64,000 bases of DNA from Fimbriosthenelais zetlandica (lineage: Eukaryota): contig OZ365118.1 in NCBI GenBank assembly GCA_977030845.1, positions 14,570,001 through 14,634,000 on the forward strand, in the 5' to 3' direction. A program made the translations under genes and the position numbers. The notes beneath the pieces were generated by a model. It made no database searches, was not told the origin of the DNA, and worked only from the letters and a program-made list of their open reading frames with translations. Within the stretch, counting starts at the first letter, position 1; every line of letters begins with the position of its first letter. This document shows positions 47,515 through 59,668 of this stretch, in pieces.

Positions 47515-50500
47515 CTGTAAATACAGTGAACCAGGTACAACCTTACAATTATAATCAATTAAAAACGTTTAAATACTATGCCAAACCTAATATACCATAC
47601 ATTTAAATTTTATAAAAACAGTTTTGAACCTTCAAATTGTGTGCTGAGGCCTATGCTTTTTTTTTGCTTTTTTTTATTTAGGATATTTATACAGCAAACA
47701 AGGGGGTCAATTAGTCAATGTTAATTCTATGGACTAATACAGGGAAGCTCTCTTTTGAAACTGACTTAAGTCTATGAAAACTTATTTTATTGTAGAATCC
47801 CTTCAGTTGAATCCAAATAATAACCAAATTCTTTTTAAAAAGCTATAGATTTAGGGTAAATCCTCTGATTCTGTTAATTGATGGAGGTTTAGGTGTACAT
47901 ACGTGTGTAGAGAGGTGGTGTATAACAGCTACACTGATAGCCACATCAGCCTGGCCCGTCCTCAATGGAAGGTGAAGGACATCAGCTACAAACGCTTGAT
48001 GGCCTCTCTCAGCACAGATCTGACACAGGTTAAAACTGCGGTCACAACCCACCTAGAAAAATAAAATTAAATAAACATAAAATATTACAAAAGATACACA
48101 ATTCAAGCAGTGATTATTTAGTCCGTCGAATAAAACGTTATTTAGGAGCAAGGGCACAAGCCCACTTAATTTCTCAAATATACACATTTACATGATTTTG
48201 ATCTCATGCCTATAGCAAAGATTATTAATATGATGCTTCCTTTCTAACATATATATATTTCTCAGATGCAGGTATCCTAGAACAAACTAACTTTAATTTG
48301 AAATATATGGCCTTAGAGAAGAATGTTATTTATAAAATGGAAAACAAAATTTAATGGCGAACTCACACTGAATGTGGCCTTGTTCACACCCAGGTACTTG
48401 CCATTACCGCAGCCTATGTCTACCACCAGGGCGCCCTCTGGCTGACGGCGGAGGAACTCAGCCACCCTCGGCCAGGGACTGTGTCTAGTATCACTGAAAT
48501 GGCTGGCTATCTCCTCGTACACCTAAAGGTAAATATTTAGTAATTAATTTTGTAAGTTTCGTTCACGATTCATACTTGTTCACTGATATCAGTTTCTGAA
48601 ATCACAAGATCATAAGGAAGACCTAGTAGCACTTACCTCATGGACGTGCTCATTTTCAATTTTCCGGGCTTCATCCTCAGACTTTGGCAAATCAATGAAG
48701 GTTTTCTTCCCTTCTGATTTTTCCCTAGAAATCATAGAAAATTAATATTACATTTCTATTTAAGTTGTAAAAAAAAAAATTTCGTGGAAAGGGGAATAAT
48801 GATAGATCATATGAACACTGTGAAAAAAATATCTTACATGGCCATCTTCTGTGAATCACACTGGCGTGGATATGCTGGAAAGGAAGCAAAAGAAGTTCAT
48901 TAGGCAATATTAAAAACAAAAGATAGGAAAGCATCATAAATTGTCCCACCAATATCCATTTCTGAGCTCATTCCATTTTAAAACTTAAATATTACTTTAA
49001 TTCAAAGCCTTGACTCACCACAGTCACATGGACTTGTCCGGACCTTTCTGAATGTAAAGGAGGTTCTGGTGCCCCTCTTTAGTAAAGTTAACCTTGGACT
49101 ATCGTCAGCCGCCTCATTCCTGGGCTGAGAGACTATGTCTGATTTTCTGGGAGTGATGCCATGTGTCCACAGATAGCGCCACTCTCCCTCCATGATCAGC
49201 ACGCTTCTCCGCGGTAACAAAACGCTCACATGAGCACCGTCAGCATGTCTGAAGTCCATTACACACTAAAGGAAATCATAAATTATGTCATTTTTAAAAT
49301 AGTCATTAACACAGTATGAACACAGTTTTATGGGCCTGGAATCTTGAAAAAAATTATTTTCCAAGGACAAGTGATACTAATGGATATCTTACTTGTGAGC
49401 CAAGTGAGAGTGAAACTATGCCATCCTCGAACGCGCTATGAGTGTCTACGTGAGGAGGAATCCCTGAAATAAAGAAAAATTAAATTGAAAAATAATCTTA
49501 ATTTTAAGCTTATTAGGCATTAATACATATAGTGGGTTAAAATGACAGATCAGAAATGAAGGAACCAGAAAAATAGCAATTTTCTGCATTACCTTGTCCA
49601 GGTTGGTACTGGTTGACAGTGAGCTGATCTGGTCGGTTTTTTATCATATGACCTGATACACAGAGCCTGTCAATGGCTAAATGACAGGCTGCCGGGATAC
49701 CATGCTCCAGTGGTCGCTCTCTATCCACATTGTTCGTACTGTAGAGAAACTCGTACCCATAATGCTTCACACGGCGGTGTTTTAGATTACTACCTGCAGA
49801 TTAAAAAAAATGGAAATAATTGTCTTGCCATGGGAACCTATCTCCCAAATCATATCATGGGGTAGTTTCATTTTTAAATGGAATGTTTAGGATATACTTC
49901 TCAGAAATGAAGCACAACTTTTCAGAAACGTCTCAGAAAAGGTCATTCCATTTCTAAGCTGGGTCACTTAACTTCTGTGATAAACTGGTCTGTTTGGTCC
50001 CAATCGATAGCCTCCAGAAGGATGTGTTCCTCTTCCTCGTTCACGAAATCCTCTATAACAATGAGCCCTTCAGGAAGTCTATTACAAGGCACAGACACAC
50101 CAGGCACTGTTGAAAATATAACAACTTGTAAATGAATAATCCAATCAATTTTTATCATTCACAAAGTGGACAAATTATGGGGTTATTTTGTCATTATTCT
50201 GCATTAATTGTGTAATAGGAAAAATAGGGTTATGGATATATAACGCTAACCTGACTGGACATAGTCTAAATAGAATATGACTCCCTGCTGTGAAACCTCC
50301 TCTGGGCATTTGAGTAAACGTCCGTTGATCTCATTTCGAGCTCTCACTGCCTCGGCTGTACCAGCCATGCTGATAAAAGCATACGATTTCTGTGGCTGCA
50401 TAACGATGTCCACAATGTCCCCATAAGATTTGAAAATCCTGTCCAATTCAGACATGGTTATGTTGTTGTCGAGACCTCCATTTACAATTACCATATGCTG

Positions 50501-50810
50501 AAATGTCAACAATAAGTATTTGTCAAACTGACAGACTGAAACTCAGACCATAAATCAATACAATACCGTACAATTGCATTGATTTGGCAATGCCCATGAC
50601 ATAAGTTGGGCGATAATAAGAGAAATTCAAGCAAATCAACAGGTTATTTCAATTGTTATACAAAATAAATAGGCTTACATGAGTGGGATTATCCACTGGT
50701 TGTATCCCATTCCGTTTTAAAACCGTGAATCTTTTTTTTGATTGTTTTTTCGCATTTTTCTTGGCAGATCTTTGGGAAGAAACAGCATGCGGAGGGCTGA
50801 CGGCCGCCAT
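46843..50810 (-). CDS. ALKBH8: tRNA wobble-uridine methyltransferase/dioxygenase ALKBH8 (11 coding exons, about 711 aa)
   Basis: RRM ([10 protein letters not shown]...KSYAFI), AlkB domain ([31 protein letters not shown]), Zn motif (CDC..PRQCDSQ) and SAM methyltransferase domain ([36 protein letters not shown]). Phases are consistent across exons 50810-50679, 50497-50251, 50106-49972, 49793-49593, 49463-49393, 49265-49019, 48874-48838, 48724-48637, 48522-48367, 48052-47903, 47514-46843; the exon 3/4 junction is ambiguous (see findings). Confidence 0.96.
47903..48052 (-). CDS. ALKBH8: ALKBH8 exon 10
   Basis: [13 protein letters not shown]...[21 protein letters not shown] donor. Confidence 0.95.
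48367..48522 (-). CDS. ALKBH8: ALKBH8 exon 9 (methyltransferase motif I)
   Basis: [24 protein letters not shown]...[18 protein letters not shown] donor. Confidence 0.95.
48637..48724 (-). CDS. ALKBH8: ALKBH8 exon 8
   Basis: [35 protein letters not shown] donor. Confidence 0.9.
48838..48874 (-). CDS. ALKBH8: ALKBH8 exon 7 (37 nt)
   Basis: [12 protein letters not shown], ttccag| acceptor and GTAAGA donor; the phases fit both neighbours. Confidence 0.88.
49019..49265 (-). CDS. ALKBH8: ALKBH8 exon 6
   Basis: [10 protein letters not shown]...[22 protein letters not shown]...[22 protein letters not shown] donor. Confidence 0.94.
49393..49463 (-). CDS. ALKBH8: ALKBH8 exon 5 (HxD motif)
   Basis: [24 protein letters not shown], canonical AG/GT. 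Confidence 0.93.
49593..49793 (-). CDS. ALKBH8: ALKBH8 exon 4
   Basis: ctgcag| acceptor, [17 protein letters not shown]...[19 protein letters not shown] donor. Confidence 0.92.
49972..50106 (-). CDS. ALKBH8: ALKBH8 exon 3
   Basis: aacag| acceptor, [36 protein letters not shown]; the 3' boundary is uncertain (49972 or 49968). Confidence 0.85.
50251..50497 (-). CDS. ALKBH8: ALKBH8 exon 2 (RRM)
   Basis: ttcag| acceptor, [12 protein letters not shown]...YLDYVQS, phase-1 GTTAGC donor. Confidence 0.92.
50679..50810 (-). CDS. ALKBH8: ALKBH8 exon 1
   Basis: [44 protein letters not shown], phase-0 GTAAGC donor. Confidence 0.85.
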
Positions 50811-51017
50811 CTTGTTTGACGAGATTATTTTGTGCGGGATTAAATATTCATAACTTTCTAAGCAATGTTGGAGATTATGAGATGCATTTTTGAGAATGAA
50901 AATAAAAACTAATGTACTTTTCTAAAGGGTAAATCCCAATACTTTTTATTTAAAGAAATATTATTTGTCAGAACTTCCTAATCTCGTTACATCCGGGCAT
51001 CTGTTGAGCCGAACAAC
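50811..51017. promoter_or_regulatory. Bidirectional promoter between ALKBH8 and THOC2
   Basis: The two divergent ATGs are separated by only 207 nt; ETS-type ACATCCGG at 50989-50996; both ATGs sit in AANATGGCGGC (YY1-type) contexts. Confidence 0.75.
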
Positions 51018-51085
51018 ATGGCGGCGATGAAGGTGCTGCCTGCTGAGCAATGCAAAACTTGGGAAAAATCGGGAAAAACAGAGTT
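51018..51085 (+). CDS. THOC2: THOC2 exon 1
   Basis: [22 protein letters not shown], phase-2 GTAAGT donor. Confidence 0.9.
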
Positions 51086-54000
51086 GTAAGTTCCAATTTC
51101 ATCATTCTCCAACGTCTTTAGAATCTATAGATCGTTATTGTTTGTAATTCTGGGATCTTTTAAGTCGTGATCCGAAATACTGAGCGGTGCACGAGGGTGT
51201 TTACAAGCGTCAAACGTGAAAGAGGTCAATCTCGTAGTAGGACCCTCGGCTCTTCCGAGACCGAGTCTGTCTTCGATTTGACATTTGTCTATTCCCTCTT
51301 TGATTATAATTGTCGTTTACAAATCGTTGACAAAAATCAATCAATTTCATTATGCGATAGTTATATGTGGATGACTTTGTTAATTAGTCTGTAGATCTAT
51401 GCATAAATAAAAAAGCCGGTCTGCATCCTGTGCGGCCCAATGGGCAATGAAATGTCACTCAGGCGCCATTTGATTTGTTCACATGTCCTCATTTTTGAGA
51501 CAATAATACATTGATTGCTGGTTAAATGTATGATATGAATCATAGTGTTAATTCCCTGGGCTATGGAAAATTTGAGAGCATAAATAGCAGTGTTAAATCC
51601 CGTAACTAAACTTAAGAGTTAAGAAGCATAAGACTGTCACTTGTAACTTGCCGGTAATGACTACTGACAGTACTGTAACGTTTGGATTTGAATATAGCTT
51701 TAAAACCTAACGTAAGGGTATGATTATGATTATCCGATTAGCATTGGTTTATCTTATGCCCTTATAAGAAGAGGATTCACATCACGTGTACAGTCTGTTC
51801 ACCCTAAGTTGATCCGAAACCACCATACATATGTACTGTAGTTTCGGATCAACTTAGAGTTAGAGTGAACAGACTGTAGGTCTATAATGTATATATTATT
51901 TAACTTTTAATTTTTCATTGCAGCTTGAAGTTCTGTAAGTCGACTCTATCAACCAGCAAGAATGGATGGGAAGGCGGTCCCACTAATGACCTCAAGCGAG
52001 CGTTGTATGAACTGTGCTGGCAGGCACTGCGGGGCTCCCTCAAGGTGGATCAAGCTGCCACAGTCATCTCCGACATATGTGTAAGTATACCTGAAAAGAT
52101 TTTAAAAAAAAAATCATAATAAATGTGCCATGCCGCAGAATCAAGAGATTTCCTAGTTAGAAGAAACAAAATAGTCTGTATAACTAAAACATTTCGTCTT
52201 AAATGTGTCATGCTCCAGAATAAAGAGATGGTCTTTGTCAAGTAGGCAAGCCAAATTGTGTAGAAGACACCAGGGGCCACGATTCAAAATATCTCCATAA
52301 ATATGGCCTTATTTGGCATGGCATAAAATCACAATTAGTTGTTTCAAAAGTATATTTATAATCATAATTTATAATAAAGTGGTCGGTTACTTATGATCTT
52401 TGTCCTTTCCCATTTTCAGGACCTGTCTGCCAGTCTCCCATCTGTCATAGCAGACGTCTTCAGCATCATTGGTACGGGTTCTATTAATCATTTTGGGGTT
52501 TCTTAGCGACACAAGTTTGGGAATAGGAGTATTGAAAAAAAGAATCTTTTAATTCAGCGGGAGGGAGGTTACGGTGCGATTGAAAAAATCGACAAGTCGC
52601 CATGGATATTCGCTTGTCCATGTGGAGAGAGCGTAGTCATGCGAGAGTGAGAGAAAATGGCAACCATGGTTCGACTACCTACTTTTAACATCTTTGGAGA
52701 AGAAACCATTGGAATGGAATATCTGTATGAACTTTTAAGATCACATCATACCTAATCCTTACAATGGCTTGGGTTCCTTAGAAAGACTTGAACCACCACT
52801 TTGCTACCAGTGTGTCAGTATGTAAGCACCCGACGTCTCTTAACGGCCACACTTGGGAATTTTCTCCTCTCCTGGTCCATGCAGATGATTGGGATGCAGT
52901 TATACAAGCAATAAGTCGTGTCTTCTCCAAGCATATATATTTCTCCCATTATTAGCAATCACACTTGTTGAATTCAGCGTTTCAACATCCCCGTCTACCC
53001 ATCAAGTCAAAAGATAAAAATTACCAACATAACAAAGATAGAAATGTACACCCATATGTGTTATCTTGAAGGAGTAAAAGAAGTATTTCTTCAACTTATT
53101 TGAAGAGGAATTTATACCCCAGAAATTACAGAAATGTAACCCTCCCTACAAGAAGATAAATCACATAGAGAAAGTACCAACAGTCCTCTCCAAGAAGATA
53201 TCTGAAAGATAACCAAAATGGGCTTAAAATCCTTAATGTCCAAGTTTTATACTTTGGCATGCAGCGTGAAGGCAGCTATGAACTCTACTTTTCCTCAATT
53301 CAAATATAAATGGGAAGCTCTATGCTAGAGACTAAATCACTGACATTGTTTCAAATATCCAAATGCTTCATGAAGCATTGTGGCTAAGGAATATATGGAA
53401 GTTGTGGAAATATTCCGTTAGAGAAGATTATGAATTGAGAGAAAAATCATTCCTTCTCTTCATAATGAGCGAATGGATTATTATTATTAATATGATTTCT
53501 ATGCCCCAAAGGATGCCATCTGAGTTATATATAATAATCGGCAGCATTGGAGCCTGTTTGCCTACTCTTCTGTATCGTCACTGGATTGGATATTACCCTG
53601 GCTATGCTTGGTTGGATTGGCCACCTTTTGTATGTGGAATTGGCAGCATTTGTGGTTCATGATATGAACTGATGAACGAGACCTGAGCAATTGTATCACC
53701 TCAAATTCCCTGGATATTCCATTATTCATCTTAAAGTCAATGGATATATTCTTGCACTGCCCGACTGACTGACTGCATGACTGACAGACTGAATAGTTTT
53801 AATTTCAGTTATAATTGGTGTGCTAATCTAATCTTTGTCAAAATCTCCACAAAAAAATGCATTATTCACTATTGTCTCCTATGATCCTATTTGAATCCCT
53901 GTGCATGAGCTAGTATAGATTTAGAATTATGAAGTACAGGTGTTTCAAAGTGATATACACCCTATAGGTTGTAAGATTTAATTTAAAAATAAGGTGAAAA

Positions 54001-57000
54001 TAGTTGCATATCTGGTAGAAAGTGAGTCACTGAACCCAATATTCATAAGCCAGGACTTTGTATCAGTTATTCTTACGCAGTTTATAACTATCAGTTACCG
54101 AGTCGGCTTTCAAACAATATTTGAAGGTGAAAATAGTTGAAAAGGAGGTACAAAGTGTTCCCAATCAGTAGGTTTTACGCACTTTAACAGTTACCAAGTG
54201 AATCTCCAAACAATATCGAAAATAATTCGATTCGCCGAAAATGAAACAACAAATTAGGCCAGTAATGAGGTCTACCGTATATTTTTGGCCCATAGATATT
54301 ACATCAACTTAATATGTACCCATACATACAATGTTCACATTTGCACACAAAACCCTTGCGCGTAGGCTTACAATCCAGGGATTAGATTCTATCAGTATTA
54401 CACAAAAGAAATAACCTTTTTAAAATTGAAAAAGAAATCTGTATTGATTGAGGAAATCGAACTAGGCAGCAAAGGTTTTGTTTCTGTATGAACAAAAATG
54501 TTCATGGACACAAGGATGGACTGAAGCAAATTAAGCATGGTCTCCAACATCTGTCTCTCCAATTCAACTACATGTATCACCAAACTACTGCACTCTAACG
54601 GCACTCAGTACTGTGGATTCATGAGAGCTTACATGGCATTCACTACTCCTTGCTTCCTGCATGGTGTCAGTCTAAATACACATCGTTATACAAAAAGGTG
54701 TGAAAAAAAGGTTGATAAATATCCCCCAAAAAGCGATTTCCGGAGGCTTATTTGTGAAAAAAAAATGACTGAAAAAGATGATTGCCTTCAAGCTGTGATT
54801 TAAATGATGTATCATTAAGACTGATAAGAACGGATGAGATGTATCAAGTATGTGTTATATTTAAAACTTAACAGAAATATGAATATTTCTCTTCCATATG
54901 TGGAATATCAGGAATACTCTTGACGTTATCTGTGATATGATGCAAATATAGAAAGAGTTTTTTTCTGAAGTTTTGCCACCTGTGACAAGCACAAATTTCC
55001 AGTATAATTATTAATCTCACATACCTGGATTCATTAGAGAGATGTATCCATTATGATTCATTGTTACATTAGATTATTGGTGAAATGTCACCTGGCAAGT
55101 CTAACCATGAAAAAGTTTTTTGAATTAAGAATCTTAGTTACCAATATTTGTAATGCATATTACATTACACTTGCTGTACACCAGATTCAAAACACAGTGT
55201 AATTATTACTCGTCTAATATTTGATATAATGGATTATTATGGAACAGAAAATATTGAATAGGTGTACCTATATTTTAGCTCTGTGATTGACTTTTTTGAC
55301 TTGACAGTACGGACTTCTTCACATTAACCTTCAAGAATATTTTTGTACATGTTTACACATGAATTGTTAATGTACAATAAAATTCAGAAGATGGTGATTG
55401 TGGGTTCAATGTTAGCCGTCAAGCTCGTACTTTTCTATTGGAAAACAGTTTCTCCGTTTGACACTAGGTGTCGCCATGGTTGTCTCGCGCTCTGCCGTCT
55501 CTACCTCAATAGGGGTGAAAAGCAACTTTGTCCTCTACCGACACAGTAAAAAGATGTACATGTATATCATTACAATTACAAGTCGTCACTTCTTGGATGC
55601 AAGATTATTGAAAAGCAATATTATTTAATATCAAGAAAAGGGTGGACATATTGCATCATAAAGTATTGTACATGTACTAATGTATAGTTATGGTATAATT
55701 TCACGTGATTTTCACGTGTTAAGCATATTAATTAAATAAGCGTGTTAAGCATATAATCGGGAAAAAACTTTTTTTTCTCGGGATCAATTTTAGAAAGAAA
55801 ACATAATTCAAAACTAATATTTTGCAAACATGAAAAAATAACCTTGGTTGGACAAAGGAGCGTTATTTTGCTGAAATGGCACATTTTATAATAGAATTAC
55901 TTTTTTTTCTATCGGGAGATATTATCTGTGAGGATGTTGTTAAACTTTCTTCATTCTCTAGCCGTGACAATTTTTACAAATCTCACACACATAGGCCAGA
56001 CAAAGCTAGGTGGCTGAATATTAGAGCTATCCATGCTGATGTCTTTGCATTCTATACAAAGCGCTGTTCACATAATTGGAAGGAGGCATGTCATTTTGGC
56101 CAGCGTTAAATGCCAACGGGAACAAGGCTATGCTTGCCATGCACTCCCTTCTCTAAACGGTAAAGGGAAAATAAAATTAGATTTAAACACAATAATGTTA
56201 GATCTTTAAATCTTCAGTCTTTGAAGTCTTAACCATACTTGTACCCAGAGCTACATTCGGTCTATTTTGGGTGGTGGAAAAAAGGGTAAAAATGCTCACT
56301 AGTTCCGTGTCGCTCGGCGTTTAAAAGATTTGTTAATTTAAATTTTAATGTATTTTTTCACTTGTATGTTACAGATACTGAAGTGGCCGTCAATGATGAG
56401 AATCTGCCCAAAGATCGCTTCATCAAACTTCTCCAGTCCTCAGTGGTAAGTTTGAGCAATGTGAATAAGCCACTAACAAATTCAGAGCTGAAATATATAA
56501 GGCATATAATTGTCACAATAATATAAATTATCTCTTTTAATTTTCACTACTTCGTACTCAGCTAACTTGTGGAGGAAAAAAATTGTTACTAATAATAACA
56601 AATTTTTGAATTTATGAAGTGCGTAATTTATGATCAGGATCACCTGAATATACGTTGAATAACGATGGATTTGTTCAGGAATCCTAAGTGGTAATTTATC
56701 TTGAAATTGGCTCAATATTTGGCACCTTATAACACGTACGTTTAACTCTCGCAGGATGTCATACCCGAGGCCTTGCTTAAGGAGCGACTCGACCCAGACA
56801 CACTAGAGAACGTTGAGTTACTCGACTCCAAGCAAAGCTTCCAGTCCAAATATGTCAAGATCAAAACCAAGCTATAGTAAGTACTATTTAAAAGATAAGT
56901 TTTCTTCACTTTTGTATAAAAATTACGTTGAAATCTGAGATTTTATAATATTTTTCGAGAAACTTTTATGAATTTTTTATAAAATTATCTTCAGAAATAT

Positions 57001-58118
57001 TTAGTTGGAAACCAATATAGAATTGTTAACTTTTTGTTTTCTAGCTACAAGCAGCAGAAGTTTAACTTGTTACGGGAGGAGAATGAAGGCTACGCTAAAC
57101 TGATCACAGAACTTAACCAGGATCTGCTCGATATCTCCAGCCCGGACAATGTCCTAGAGACAATCCGGTCACTCATAGGTGAGAATCTCAGTCTCCTTGT
57201 CTATCGTCCCACCTGTCTCTCAAGCTCTCCCCCTGTTATATCTGCCCCTGTCTCCTCATTTATCTATCTTGAGATCCTCCATCTTACATGATTCTTTTTA
57301 TTGATTATTTATTTATATTTCTTAACCAATTTACTCCCCTTAAAAATGAAAAGAAAAGTGGAATCTGTTCTGATTCAAGGTCAATTAAATACATTTATAA
57401 AAATGCCTGGAGACAACATTTATATATGTATAAATTATATGTTTCAGGCTGTTTTAACCTGGATCCTAACCGAGTGTTAGATATCATCCTGGAAGCCTTT
57501 GAGTACCAGCCTGCCGCTCACCCAGTCTTCATCCCCATCCTCACTCACTACATGAACGACTACACACGACTCTGTCACGTCCTCGGCTTCAAGTTCCACT
57601 TCTATCAGGTTAGTCATATTCCATTGATTACAGGGGTCCCCCCTTAAACTGACCACATTTGGGACTGACCAAAAGTGATAACTTATAATCTATAAGGAGG
57701 TGGTTTATTTGAAACATAAAAGGAAAAAATGGGACCAGACTAGCATGGTCGGTTTCCGAGGTGGTCGGTTTAGGGGGTATTTTAAACATGAAAGAAAAAA
57801 AGTAAGGGGGTGGTCGGATGTCGGGGGAGCAATCTATCTCTAAAACACATTTATTCAGAACTTAAATAAAATAAGGTAGACTAATTAAAATAATAAGGTT
57901 ATAAAAACACTAGATCAAAGGTGAAAACTTTCCACTAAAAGATAATACTGACTTCCTTCGTAATTTTATTAAAATGTTGCCTTTACAGATAATTATTTTA
58001 TAAAAATGTCTTTTTCTTGTAGCAAACCCAGGACAGTGAGACTCCACGTTCCCTCTATCACGTCACAGCTCTCCTCATTTACTTTGGTCTAGTCAGCCTG
58101 GACACCCTATACCCTCAC
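51018..58118 (+). CDS. THOC2: THO complex subunit 2, 5' part (first 8 coding exons, 287 aa; the gene continues or is truncated beyond)
   Basis: Exons 51018-51085, 51924-52080, 52420-52471, 56375-56445, 56755-56876, 57045-57178, 57448-57608, 58023-58118, all GT-AG and in phase. Diagnostic [70 protein letters not shown]. Confidence 0.96.
51789..51878. mobile_element. 90-bp foldback MITE with TA ends in THOC2 intron 1
   Basis: TACAGTCTGTTCAC/GTGAACAGACTGTA (14 bp) and CTAAGTTGATCCGAAAC/GTTTCGGATCAACTTAG (17 bp) are perfect inverted arms. Confidence 0.75.
51924..52080 (+). CDS. THOC2: THOC2 exon 2
   Basis: LKFCKS...[37 protein letters not shown] donor. Confidence 0.92.
52420..52471 (+). CDS. 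THOC2: THOC2 exon 3
   Basis: [17 protein letters not shown], tttcag| acceptor, GTACGG donor. Confidence 0.9.
56375..56445 (+). CDS. THOC2: THOC2 exon 4
   Basis: [30 protein letters not shown] donor. Confidence 0.88.
56755..56876 (+). CDS. THOC2: THOC2 exon 5
   Basis: [18 protein letters not shown]...[14 protein letters not shown] donor. Confidence 0.94.
57045..57178 (+). CDS. THOC2: THOC2 exon 6
   Basis: [26 protein letters not shown]...IRSLI, GTGAGA donor. Confidence 0.95.
57448..57608 (+). CDS. THOC2: THOC2 exon 7
   Basis: [19 protein letters not shown]...[19 protein letters not shown] donor. Confidence 0.95.
57629..57779. mobile_element. Putative Tc1/mariner-type MITE in THOC2 intron 7
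   Basis: TA-CAGGGGTCCCCCCTTAAACTGACCAC at the left and GTGGTCGGTTTAGGGGG-TA at the right form imperfect inverted ends; internal GGTCGGTTT repeats. Confidence 0.5.
58023..58118 (+). CDS. THOC2: THOC2 exon 8
   Basis: [38 protein letters not shown] donor. Confidence 0.93.
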
Positions 58119-59668
58119 GTGAGTTCCCACTCTTTTTGAATTTAACTTTTATTAAAACTTTTCTGTCTTCCGATCCTCATCTTCCTCATCATGTGGTATG
58201 CATTTATTGAAAATCAATTTATTTTATCACTCAGGTATTGGATAATTATTATGTCTTGTGTTGTGATGTCAATTTGTACTTTTTATGTAAGATTATATAA
58301 AAAAAAATTTGAATTCTGAGTAAGTTATTGTGGAAGCACCTAGACTTTTATTGCTGACAGTCAGGTGCTACAGGTGGTTTGAAGCATCGAGTTGCTCCAT
58401 AAGCTGCGGCTACAATTCGGATATATTTAAAAAAAAACCCTTTCCTGCAAAAAATCCGAAAACCAAAAGAAAATGAAACTGATTAGGAGAATAAGTATTA
58501 GAAAAGAACGTCTGGCATTTTGAGATTGAAAGGTTGACTTAGTTTTTTGTTAACCAACTTCAGCTAAGACTCCGAACAAAGAAACCCGCTACCGGGTTTA
58601 TACAAATGGGGTTAAGATGTGCCAGGAACAGGTAAAATGTTATTAGGTGCATGTATTCTCTCCCATTCTACTCTATATTGATAGTTCTCGGCTGGCTTCA
58701 AGCAAGCAGCCACTTCAATTATCCCCGCTTATGAATGGCTGACAAAAACATTGATTTCGCATCACCGCTGTCTCATAGCAGGAATAAAGCCTTCATTAAT
58801 TGGGCCTGCCACGCCGCGATTGATTTATATAGGGGCTAGCATAATAGTGCTATCACCTAATATATTCACTATCTTAGTCCCATCCTCTATGTCTAGTCAT
58901 CCCGGGCTATAGTCATCATCTCTTCTATATAATAGTTCACTATACAGTATTTGTTATTTTCACTGTTGGCAGCATCCTATGTGAATGGATATAGAAAAAA
59001 AGATGTTATAGTGTTGCGCGGCGGCTGGTCCAACACGCACCTCGCCCCACTCACATATGTTGGACGGTGATAATGTTTTACCATTGTTTTTGTTGGAATT
59101 CACAAGCAGCGAAGCGTGGTTCGGCCTGCGGCAAGCAGGGGTAGGTGGGGTGGATCTGAGGGGCGGGGGGGGGGGGCATCTTTTTAAAGCCGCATGGGAT
59201 GGAGTAGCATGGGATGATTCCCCCCCCCCCCCCCACCCCCAGTTCTCCTGGCACAGTTAATAATGATCAGTTATCCCGGCATCCTGTATAAAGCCGCGGC
59301 TTGTCGGCGGGTGGCCCGGCTAGTAGTAATGGCTGCGCCTAGCCCCGGTCAGATGGATGTTTTCTGGGGGAAGCTTGGTGAGTGTTGCTATGGTTATGGT
59401 GTGAGTGGCGAGACTTGCCACCAGGGGGCGTCTGCTGGTCTTGTCAGATGACCTGAGGTCGTCAGCGGCTGCGGGCTTTATTGCCTGTATTGAGGACAGT
59501 GGTGCAATGCATGTTACCATAGTGAACAGTGACACAATCAGCATTCATGCAACGTCCTCTATACGGCCTCTATGGTAGGAGGGGGGGTGGGGGGGGGGGG
59601 GGGTGGAGGAAGGGGACGGTAGTCACTACCTGTTAAGCCAGCCAGGTAGTGGATATCTGATCCTTTTC

